Shown here: positions 8,686 to 15,838 of the stretch, in pieces
Layout: each line of letters begins with the position of its first letter
Position numbering within the stretch: position 1 is the stretch's first letter
Source of the DNA: an uncultured Chloroflexia bacterium
Lineage (GTDB): Bacteria; Chloroflexota; Anaerolineae; Anaerolineales; Anaerolineaceae
Direction of reading: 5' to 3'
DNA length: 32,000 nt
Assembly: GCA_963704755.1 (NCBI GenBank)
Contig: OY969938.1
Location: 1,320,001 to 1,352,000 of the forward strand
The notes under the pieces: model-generated
The model's database searches: none
Told to the model about the DNA's origin: nothing
The model's input: only the letters and a program-made list of their open reading frames with translations
Made by a program: the position numbers and the translations under genes

Positions 8686-9313
8686 AGCTATGGCTGCCAC
8701 GAAACTCATCCATGATGACCTGTTTCGAGGCATTGATTCCTTCCCGGCGGGCTACTTTCCAAACCGTTAGAAAAAGGATCTTCGCGTCCAGCCAAAACGA
8801 CCAGTGATCTACATACCACACATCCAGGGCAAACTTTTCTTCCCAGGTGAGTGCGTTGCGGCCATTGATCTGGGCCCAACCGGTGATACCGGGCAAAACA
8901 TCGTGCCGGCGGGCCTGTTCCGGCGAATAGCGCTCCAGGTATTCCACCAACAGCGGCCGCGGGCCAACCAGGCTCATTTCGCCGCGTAAGACATTGACCA
9001 ATTCGGGCAGCTCATCCAGGCTGGTTGCCCGCAAAAAACGGCCTAACCCTGTCAGGCGCTGCGCATCCGGCAGTGGCCGGCCTTTGCGATCGACAGTCAG
9101 GCGCATCGTTCGAAATTTAAACAGAGTAAATATGGTTCCCCCCAGGCCGGGACGCTTTTGGGCAAAAATAATCGGGCGGCCTTCAGTTAAATATACCATC
9201 CCGGCCACAACCAACATGGCCGGGATGGCCACGACAAGGCTGGGGATACAAACGGCCAGGTCCAACGCGCGCTTGATGATGGGCACTTTCCGGTGGAAAT
9301 CCTGTTTATTCAC
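8684..9313 (-). CDS. polyprenyl-phosphate sugar-1-phosphate transferase (small monotopic PGT, PglC/WbaP C-terminal type)
   Basis: GTG start at 9313. One N-terminal hydrophobic helix, then the bacterial sugar transferase core including KFRTM and DELPELVNVLRGEMSLVGPRP. Confidence 0.85.
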   Translation of the reverse strand: MNKQDFHRKVPIIKRALDLAVCIPSLVVAIPAMLVVAGMVYLTEGRPIIFAQKRPGLGGTIFTLFKFRTMRLTVDRKGRPLPDAQRLTGLGRFLRATSLDELPELVNVLRGEMSLVGPRPLLVEYLERYSPEQARRHDVLPGITGWAQINGRNALTWEEKFALDVWYVDHWSFWLDAKILFLTVWKVARREGINASKQVIMDEFRGSHS

Positions 9314-9429
9314 ACAGGCATTTTACCAAATTAAGTCTGAGCCTGGTTTATAATCTTACAGGGTCCCTAAAAAATTCAGATGCCCCTATGGTTCATGCAA
9401 AGTAACTACTCATGCTCCTGTTTAAAAAT

Positions 9430-9473
9430 CCCCGAATTTGAGGTGTTCTTCCCAGTTAGGCTGAGCAGTTACC
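9430..9473. repeat. palindromic repeat family, half copy B (left arm + tail only)
   Basis: ccccgaatttgaggtgtt is joined directly to the tail cttcccagttaggctgagcagttac. The right arm is missing. Confidence 0.7.
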
Positions 9474-9546
9474 ATGCAAAAATATTTGCACCGCTCCGGG
9501 TACATTACCGGATGGATCAATTTCAAGCGAGGAAGGTTACCCTTTT

Positions 9547-10539
9547 ATGACTGTAAAAAAAGGACGTGTTTTTTCGGGCGCTCGCCCTACCGGACGCCAA
9601 CACCTGGGCAATTACCTGGGCGCCATGCGCAATTACGTCGCACTTCAGGAAGAATATGACTGCGTGTACTGCATCGTCGACGTACATGCCTTGACCACCA
9701 TGGATACCACCCTGGACCTGCGCCAGAACACATACGATATGGCTCTGGATTGGCTGGCAGCCGGGATACGTCCCGAAGAAGCGATCGTTTTCGTTCAATC
9801 GCATGTGCCGGAGGTAATGGAGCTGCATACCTACCTCTCCATGGTTACCCCGCTTGGCAAACTAACCGACCTGCCAACATTCAAAGAAAAAGCGCGCGAA
9901 CAGCCCCATAACGTCAATTACGGGCTGGTGGGCTACCCGGTGTTGATGACCGCTGACATCGTCCTGTACAAGGCCGACCTGGTACCGGTAGGCGTCGACC
10001 AGGCTCCGCACATAGAATTTGCCCGCGAAACGGTTCGCTCCTTCAACTTCCGCTACAATACCCAGGTGCTGGTCGAGCCGCAGATGAAGGCCACCGAAAC
10101 GCCCAAGGTGATCGGTATCGATGGGGTCCAAAAGATGGGCAAGAGCCTCAACAACCACATCGAGCTGGCTTCCACCCCCCAAGAAACTCAGCAGCGGGTA
10201 ATGCAAATGGTCACCGACCCGCAGCGTATCCGCCGCAGCGACCCGGGCAACCCGGACGTGTGCAACGTATTCAGCATGCACAAGGTCTTTTCGCCGCAGA
10301 GCGACGTGGATATGGTCAACATCGAGTGCCGCCGGGCCGGGATCGGCTGCGTGGACTGCAAGAAACTGTATGCCAAAAACCTCAACGCTCACCTGGAACC
10401 TTTCCGCACGCGCCGGGCGGAGATCGACCAGAACCCTAACCAGGTCTGGGAGATCCTCCACGACGGCGACAGGCGGGCCCGCCAGATCGCCCAGGCAACT
10501 ATGGCGGAGGTCCACCAGGCGATTGGACTGTCGGAATGA
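9547..10539 (+). CDS. trpS: tryptophan--tRNA ligase
   Basis: HIGH-region TGRQHLGNYLGA and KMSKS-type KMGKS in a 330-aa protein. The SD GAGGAAGG lies upstream of ATG 9547. Confidence 0.93.
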   Translation: MTVKKGRVFSGARPTGRQHLGNYLGAMRNYVALQEEYDCVYCIVDVHALTTMDTTLDLRQNTYDMALDWLAAGIRPEEAIVFVQSHVPEVMELHTYLSMVTPLGKLTDLPTFKEKAREQPHNVNYGLVGYPVLMTADIVLYKADLVPVGVDQAPHIEFARETVRSFNFRYNTQVLVEPQMKATETPKVIGIDGVQKMGKSLNNHIELASTPQETQQRVMQMVTDPQRIRRSDPGNPDVCNVFSMHKVFSPQSDVDMVNIECRRAGIGCVDCKKLYAKNLNAHLEPFRTRRAEIDQNPNQVWEILHDGDRRARQIAQATMAEVHQAIGLSE

Positions 10540-10973
10540 AAGCGGTCGTCCAACGCGTCCGGCGCGGAGCCGTCAGCGTGGACGGCCAAACCCTGGGTGC
10601 AGTCGATAAGGGCTACGTGATCCTGTTGGGCATTGGTCCTGAAGACAACGAAGAGAAAGCCGCTGCCCTGGCCCGCAAGATCGCCTTGCTGCGCGTGTTC
10701 GAGGACGAGCAGGGCAAGATGAACCTATCGATCCAGGATGTACATGGCGCGGCCCTGGTGATTTCTCAGTTCACCCTGTATGCCGATACACGCAAAGGCA
10801 ACCGGCCTTCCTTCGTCTTTGCCGCCGCACCCGACCTGGCCCGTCCGCTGGTTGATCGATTTGCCGAGCTGCTGCGCGAGCAGGGTGTGCCGGTAGAGAC
10901 CGGCGAATTTGGCGCCCACATGCTGGTCGAGATCGAGAACGACGGCCCGGTCACGATTTTGTTCGAAATATAG
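10536..10973 (+). CDS. dtd: D-aminoacyl-tRNA deacylase
   Basis: MKAVVQRV N-terminus with the SQFTLYAD and NDGPVT motifs, 145 aa. ATGA overlap with the trpS stop. Confidence 0.92.
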   Translation: MKAVVQRVRRGAVSVDGQTLGAVDKGYVILLGIGPEDNEEKAAALARKIALLRVFEDEQGKMNLSIQDVHGAALVISQFTLYADTRKGNRPSFVFAAAPDLARPLVDRFAELLREQGVPVETGEFGAHMLVEIENDGPVTILFEI

Positions 10974-10980
10974 AACATCT

Positions 10981-11280
10981 TAAGTTTAGCTGCACCTGCC
11001 GGGGTTTGTAGGGTGCTGTTGCGGGCTGGTGATTTACCAACTGGTCAAATCACCAGGCGTGACTCGCCTCCCGGCATGCCCGCAACGCACCATGAGTTTG
11101 TTCGGTAAATATTTCAGGTTACATGCAGGGCCTGGAATGTGCTGTGTTTTTAGATGCCAGCATAATAATCGAACCCTAACCCAACCTATTTGCTAACCGA
11201 AATATGCAAATAGCCGGCGCTTTTGGTGCGTTACCAACGCACCCTACATCTGGCTTACAAAGCTCCCCTGGCCGGGAGAG
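10981..11280. repeat. degenerate remnants of the 223-bp unit plus GTAGGGTGC...GCACC hairpin modules
   Basis: agtttagctgcacctgcc and gttgcgggctggtgatttaccaac resemble the start and end of the downstream unit. There is a long imperfect hairpin gtagggtgctgttgcgggc (11008-11026) / gcccgcaacgcacc (about 11078-11091). There is also a short hairpin ggtgcgttaccaacgcaccctac near 11225-11247. Confidence 0.4.
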
Positions 11281-11945
11281 CAGCTAAAGCTGCACCTACA
11301 GATACACAAAGACCCACCTGCGTGGGTCTCTCTTTTGGCAGAGCCTGATCCCCTCGCCGGATTTTTGCCTGGCAAGCTGGAGAAGTGTCCTCACCCCCTT
11401 CTTGCTAAAGCGGTAGCGCATCCCGCATTTTGTAGAAAGAGACTCACGCAGGTGGGTCTTCGTGTTTTTGTTGCGGTGATTTCAATCTCCAACGCATAAA
11501 CCGGCAGCTAAAGCTGCACCTACAGATACACAAAGACCCACCTGCGTGGGTCTCTCTTTTGGCTGGGCCTGATCCCCTCGCCGGATTTTTGCCTGGCAAG
11601 CTGGAGAAGTGCCCTCACCCTACCTGTAAAATAGGTAGCACATCCCACATTTTGTTAAAGGAGACCCACGCAGGTGGGTCTTCGTGTTTTTGTTGCGGTG
11701 ATTTCAATCGCCAACGTATAAACCGGCAGCTAAAGCTGCACCTACTGATACACAAAGACCCACCTGCGTGGGTCTCTCTTTTGGCAAAGCCTAATCCCAT
11801 AGCCGGGTTTTTGCCTGGCAAGCTGGAGAAGTGCCCTCACCCCCTTCTTGCTAAAGCGGTAGCGCATCCCGCATTTTGTAGAAAGAGACCCACGCAGGTG
11901 GGTCTTTGTGTTTTTGTTGCGGTGATTTCAATCGCCAACGCGCCA
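11281..11945. repeat. tandem array, 3 units of 224/222/~219 bp, each carrying two mirrored terminator-like hairpins
   Basis: Units start at 11281, 11505 and 11727 (cagctaaagctgcacctac...). Each contains gacccac-ctgc-gtgggtc + tctcttttgg, and about 130 nt later its reverse complement gacccac-gcag-gtgggtc + ttcgtgtttttgttg. Confidence 0.9.
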
Positions 11946-11993
11946 GCTTTTTAAGCCACCCCTAAAAAACCATGATTAAAATACGCTGAATAG

Positions 11994-12023
11994 TTGACGT
12001 TACAAATGAAGATGTGGTAATAT
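11994..12023 (+). promoter_or_regulatory. candidate infC promoter (TTGACG-N18-TAATAT with TGn extended -10)
   Basis: TTGACG at 11994-11999, TGG at 12015-12017 and TAATAT at 12018-12023, about 85 nt upstream of the ATT start. Confidence 0.5.
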
Positions 12024-12034
12024 CAATTATGTCA

Positions 12035-12070
12035 CCGGTCCGTTGAAATCGAACGGACTGGTTTATATAT
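12035..12070 (+). promoter_or_regulatory. leader hairpin in the infC 5' UTR (terminator/attenuator-like)
   Basis: ccggtccgtt (12035-12044) / aacggactgg (12052-12061) forms a 10-bp stem with one G-U pair, followed by tttatatat. Confidence 0.4.
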
Positions 12071-12106
12071 GGACCTCGCTGAAAGATAAAAGGAAGGAGA
12101 AAGCCC

Positions 12107-12700
12107 ATTAGTACAACAAATTATCGGGTAAATGAGGCAATCCGTGTTCCCGAAGTCCGCGTGATTGGACCTGAGGGTGAAAACATGGGGGTAATTCCTA
12201 CTGAAAAAGCCTTACGCGTCGCACGCGAAGCTGAACTGGATCTGGTAGAGGTGGCTCCCGGAGCCGACCCGCCTGTGTGCCGGATTATGGACTTTGGCAA
12301 GTTCCTGTACGAGCGTACCAAAAAGGAACGCGAAGCGCGCAAGGCTCAAACCAAAGTCGAAATCAAAGAGATTCAGTTACGCCCCAAAACCAATGAACAC
12401 CACCGTGGTTTCAAAACCCGGGATGCACGCCGCTGGCTGTTGGATGGGATGAAAGTCCGGGTGACTATTCGCTTCCGTGGACGGGAAATTACCTACCCCG
12501 AAATCGCGCTCGAAGACCTGAAAGAAATCGCCGAAGAACTCGCTGATGTATCAACCATCGAGCAAACCGCGGGGCTGGAAGGCCGCACCATGACCATGAT
12601 GTTGGCCCCCGTAAAGGCTCCGCATAAGAAAGCCGCCAAAGGCGACGACAAGTCTGCCATGGTTAAATCCGATGTCATCGAGGAAGAAGTCGAAGAATAG
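12107..12700 (+). CDS. infC: translation initiation factor IF-3, ATT start codon
   Basis: The track ORF starts at GTG 12161, but the conserved N-terminus (YRVNEAIRVPEVRVIGPEGENMGVI) lies upstream in frame. An in-frame TGA sits at 12080, and the only plausible start is ATT 12107, 6 nt after GGAGA. A non-canonical AUU start is the classic infC autoregulatory feature. Confidence 0.9.
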   Translation: MSTTNYRVNEAIRVPEVRVIGPEGENMGVIPTEKALRVAREAELDLVEVAPGADPPVCRIMDFGKFLYERTKKEREARKAQTKVEIKEIQLRPKTNEHHRGFKTRDARRWLLDGMKVRVTIRFRGREITYPEIALEDLKEIAEELADVSTIEQTAGLEGRTMTMMLAPVKAPHKKAAKGDDKSAMVKSDVIEEEVEE

Positions 12701-12816
12701 CCTGCGAACGAATCCGTTCACAGAAAAAGCCTTTCTTCGCCCGGCACAAAATTTTCGTCACGTATAACAGCGAAAAAGCCTGGGTATAGATCCAGAATCG
12801 ATGTTGTTTAAAACAA

Positions 12817-12870
12817 AGAGAAGGTCTCCCTGAGAAAAGAATTCGGGGAAAACCTTCTCTTTATTGTTTC
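12817..12870 (+). terminator. probable infC terminator
   Basis: agagaaggt (12817-12825) / accttctct (12852-12860) with an inner tccc/ggga extension, followed by ttattgtttc. Confidence 0.45.
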
Positions 12871-12972
12871 AATTGTACTTTTTTGCAATTACCCAGTTTT
12901 ATACAGAAACTCCTGGGGGCTTTCCATAACTGAGTAATTCGTGTTTTTTACGGAACGGTAACGGCGAAAGCC

Positions 12973-13197
12973 TTATTTCTTGAACGGATCATATTGCGGA
13001 TTGGTGCCGGCCCATACACAGGTCATATGGTCCCACATATTACATTCCAACCCACGCGAGCAGCGTTGTGATACGAGACGCGGAGGTTGGTCCGGTAAGA
13101 ACTCTGCCGGATAGACGGCTTCTACTTCCAAAACGACGTCGCAGCCGGCATGGTCACAGTATTGAACTTGCAATGGTTCCCATTTTTTTTCAGCCAT
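12973..13197 (-). CDS. small Cys-rich hypothetical protein (74 aa)
   Basis: GGAGG lies 6 nt upstream of ATG 13197 (the track ORF starts one codon earlier at TTG). There are five Cys, including CDHAGC and CSRGLEC. No family recognised. Confidence 0.55.
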   Translation of the reverse strand: MAEKKWEPLQVQYCDHAGCDVVLEVEAVYPAEFLPDQPPRLVSQRCSRGLECNMWDHMTCVWAGTNPQYDPFKK

Positions 13198-13324
13198 CAA
13201 AAACCTCCAATTTCACCTTCAATATCCTTTATTATACAACTTTCCTGTTTGAGGGTGTTGAAAAAACGCCCTCCCGTTTTAGAAATTTGGGTAAGTGTGG
13301 CGGAGCGGCTATTTCAACATTCTC

Positions 13325-14650
13325 CTATCCCTTACGTGAAAGTTTCAGCACGGCGCCTTTGTTTAAATCCAGCATATAAATCTCACCGGAGGCGTCCTGG
13401 CCAAACGAGCTGATATTACCCTGGCTGGGGAACAACAGCGCGGACTGCCAGTCGCCGCTGCCTGATTTGAGCAATCCCCAAACATTCCCAGTGCAGTAAT
13501 CGCTGAACAGGTAAACTCCGTAGAATTCTGGCAGCGTCCCACCACGGTAAACGTATCCGCCGGTCACCGCACAGCCCTGTGAATGGTCGTATTCGAAGAT
13601 CGGGTCGGTGAAATTTGCGCTGCTGCTGCCGTCTTTGTACGGATGCAACCCTTCGCGCACACTCCAGCCAAAATTCGTTCCCGCGCCGGTGCCGGCCGGC
13701 AGATAATCGATTTCCTCATACTTATCCTGGCCTACATCGCCGATGTACAGGTCGCCGGTCAGTCGATCGAATGAGAATCGCCAGGGATTGCGCAATCCCA
13801 GCGCCCATACTTCCGGAGCCCCGCTGGCATTCTGAGCGTAGGGGTTATCCGCCGGAATGGTGTAGGTATCCTGCCCGCGCACATCGATGCGCAAGATCTT
13901 GCCCAATTTATTGGCCGGATCCTGGGCAGTATTGTTAGGGTCGCCTTCCGAGCCGCCGTCGCCCGTCCCGATGTACAGGTAACCATCCGGGCCAAATGCC
14001 AGTTGGCCGCCGTTGTGATTGGGGAACGGCTGCACGATCTTCATCAAGACCTGTTCCGAGGCCGGGTCGGCTGAAAGGCCGTCGTCAGCGGCTTTAAAGC
14101 GCGAGACGGTCGTGTTGCCCTGCGCGTCGGTATAGTCCAGGTAAAAGGTATGGTTATTCGGGTAGTCCGGGTCAAGGGCAATTCCAAGCAGACCCTGCTC
14201 GTTGCCGCTGCTGTCCACCCGGTCGCTGATATCCATAAATGGGTCGGTGAGCAAGCGCCCGCCCTGGATGCCGCGAATGCGCCCGGGCTGTTCCAGCACC
14301 AACAGCAGGCCATTATCATCGTTAGAATCAACCAGCGCGGTTGGCCGTTTCAGGCCGTCCACCACCTGGACCCATTGGAAACCGGATGGATCCGGCAGGC
14401 TGGCCACCACCCCGATTGTCGGTGCCGGGGTATGGGTAGCCGTTGCGGTAGAAACTGTAGTCGCCGTAAGTGCCAGTGGGCTGGGGGATGGTACGATCGT
14501 GGGGGTATCCGTGCCGGCCGGCTCGAAGGCCGTTGGGACGGCCGGCGACGTGCTATAAGGCGTTTCCAGAGGCGGCGAGCAGGACACCAATACCAAGACA
14601 CAGGCTGCCAGTATTACCGGTAACCGCATGCGCGCGTGAAATGGGTTCAT
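13325..14650 (-). CDS. PQQ-dependent sugar (glucose/sorbosone-type) dehydrogenase, lipoprotein
   Basis: Signal peptide with lipobox LVSC, then a TP-rich linker. Beta-propeller motifs PNHNGGQLAFGPDGYLYIGTGDGG and GLRNPWRFSFD are present. Confidence 0.85.
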   Translation of the reverse strand: MNPFHARMRLPVILAACVLVLVSCSPPLETPYSTSPAVPTAFEPAGTDTPTIVPSPSPLALTATTVSTATATHTPAPTIGVVASLPDPSGFQWVQVVDGLKRPTALVDSNDDNGLLLVLEQPGRIRGIQGGRLLTDPFMDISDRVDSSGNEQGLLGIALDPDYPNNHTFYLDYTDAQGNTTVSRFKAADDGLSADPASEQVLMKIVQPFPNHNGGQLAFGPDGYLYIGTGDGGSEGDPNNTAQDPANKLGKILRIDVRGQDTYTIPADNPYAQNASGAPEVWALGLRNPWRFSFDRLTGDLYIGDVGQDKYEEIDYLPAGTGAGTNFGWSVREGLHPYKDGSSSANFTDPIFEYDHSQGCAVTGGYVYRGGTLPEFYGVYLFSDYCTGNVWGLLKSGSGDWQSALLFPSQGNISSFGQDASGEIYMLDLNKGAVLKLSRKG

Positions 14651-14653
14651 TTT

Positions 14654-15034
14654 TTAATTCTCCCGATCGGCCCTGGCCCCATCCTTTTCGGGACTTACTT
14701 CGTAGAACTCTCCGTCGATCACGTTCTCGTCAATTCTTCGCAATGGAGCGCGTCCGCTAACATCTTGATTCTTCAGTTGCTTCATGTGCTCTGCAACCAC
14801 TTTTGGCGGGCACATTTCTACGAAAAGGACCATTCCGATCACTAAGACTGTCAAATCGTCCACCGGTCCGAAGAATTCTTCCGGTATGAATAAATAGCCG
14901 ACCGCCAAAACGGGGATCAATTTCAAATAAAAACTCACCCGGCGGTCGAGCATCAAACGCCCAATCAACTTGATCCTTATTGCCAGGCTTGTGAATAAAT
15001 CGCCCGAGGCCGGGCGAGAACCATCGTTTGCCAA
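14654..15034 (-). CDS. small membrane protein, DUF1232 (YkvA)-like
   Basis: LMLDRRVSFYLKLIPVLAVGYLFIPEEFFGPVDDLTVLV fits the DUF1232 pattern (K...Y..P.D..P....DD). Its stop is 3 nt from the downstream start. Confidence 0.5.
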   Translation of the reverse strand: MANDGSRPASGDLFTSLAIRIKLIGRLMLDRRVSFYLKLIPVLAVGYLFIPEEFFGPVDDLTVLVIGMVLFVEMCPPKVVAEHMKQLKNQDVSGRAPLRRIDENVIDGEFYEVSPEKDGARADREN

Positions 15035-15064
15035 CCAGCACCTCCGTAAAAGCTTACCCGACCA

Positions 15065-15829
15065 TTATAGACGGAATAAGCGCCGCCGTTTCCAGTTGAT
15101 GTAGGGAGCGGCCAGTTTTCTAATCCAATACTTAAATACGATGGGGGCAAAAGGTGTGCCGCCGTCGCGGTAATGTACCTGCAGCATCTCCGGCCAGCAG
15201 CGATCGTCGGCCGAGATGGTTTTGGCGTCCGAATGCAATCGGAAATTCGCCCACAACGCCGGGTGGTAGTCCAGAGGGGCCAGCCTGGCCAGGCGTACCC
15301 ACAAATCGTAGTCCATGGCGAAGTAAAAGCTGGGGTCCAGGGGTCCCACCTGGCGCCACAAACCTGCCCGAAAGAAAGAGGACTGCTGGGGGATATGCAC
15401 ATAGCCGGTGCGCAGGCGCCGGTAATCGGTCTGGGCGGCCGGGAAACGCCCGATCACCCGCCCGCGCTCGTCGATGTAGCTGGCGTCGCCATAGACCATG
15501 CCGGCTTGCGGGTGGGCCTGCAAATATTCCACTGCCTGGCGGACCGCGCCGGGGTTGAAGGTGTCGTCCGAATTAATCCAGGCCAGAATATCGCCGTGGG
15601 CATGGCTGAAGCCTTTATTGAGGGCATCCGTCTGCCCGCGGTCTTTCTCCGAAACCCACCAGGCCAACCGGCCAGCGTATTTTTGAATGATCTCCTGGCT
15701 GCCATCGTTCGAGCCGCCGTCCACCAGGATATATTCGATTTGCGGGTAATCCTGGTCGAGCACCGAGCGAATGGTTTCCTCGAGGAAGCGCGCCTGGTTA
15801 TAAGAAGGGGTCACAATCGAAACCAGCAT
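15065..15829 (-). CDS. glycosyltransferase family 2
   Basis: VSIVTPSYNQARFLEETIRSVLDQDYPQIEYILVDGGSNDGS plus INSDD (DxD-type). AGGAGAG SD upstream. Paralogue of 18851..19807. Confidence 0.88.
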   Translation of the reverse strand: MLVSIVTPSYNQARFLEETIRSVLDQDYPQIEYILVDGGSNDGSQEIIQKYAGRLAWWVSEKDRGQTDALNKGFSHAHGDILAWINSDDTFNPGAVRQAVEYLQAHPQAGMVYGDASYIDERGRVIGRFPAAQTDYRRLRTGYVHIPQQSSFFRAGLWRQVGPLDPSFYFAMDYDLWVRLARLAPLDYHPALWANFRLHSDAKTISADDRCWPEMLQVHYRDGGTPFAPIVFKYWIRKLAAPYINWKRRRLFRL

Positions 15830-15838
15830 GTATCTCTC

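Noticed and set aside
9314-9546. T-box or other leader upstream of trpS
   Set aside because: I found no T-box consensus (GGTGGTACCGCG-like), no specifier/antiterminator architecture, and no terminator hairpin before the start. The region only contains the half copy of the palindromic repeat.
11281-11945. Possible CRISPR array (regularly spaced gttgcggtgatttcaatcgccaac-like strings every ~223 bp)
   Set aside because: The DNA between the repeated strings is itself conserved between units, so there are no unique spacers. The period is far longer than the 60-75 bp of CRISPR arrays, and no cas genes are nearby. It is a tandem repeat.
11559-11954. Track ORFs 11559..11954 (+) and 11615..11821 (-) as genes
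   Set aside because: They lie entirely within the tandem array and read through terminator-like hairpins. Their length is a by-product of repeating a stop-free unit, and they have no RBS.
12035-12070. L20-leader-type ribosomal regulatory RNA in the infC leader
   Set aside because: There is only one simple hairpin and no rplT in the operon to justify L20 feedback. It is kept only as a generic leader hairpin.
12701-12972. rpmI-rplT expected downstream of infC
   Set aside because: There is no plus-strand ORF of suitable size or basic composition. A terminator-like hairpin follows infC, and the next gene is convergent.
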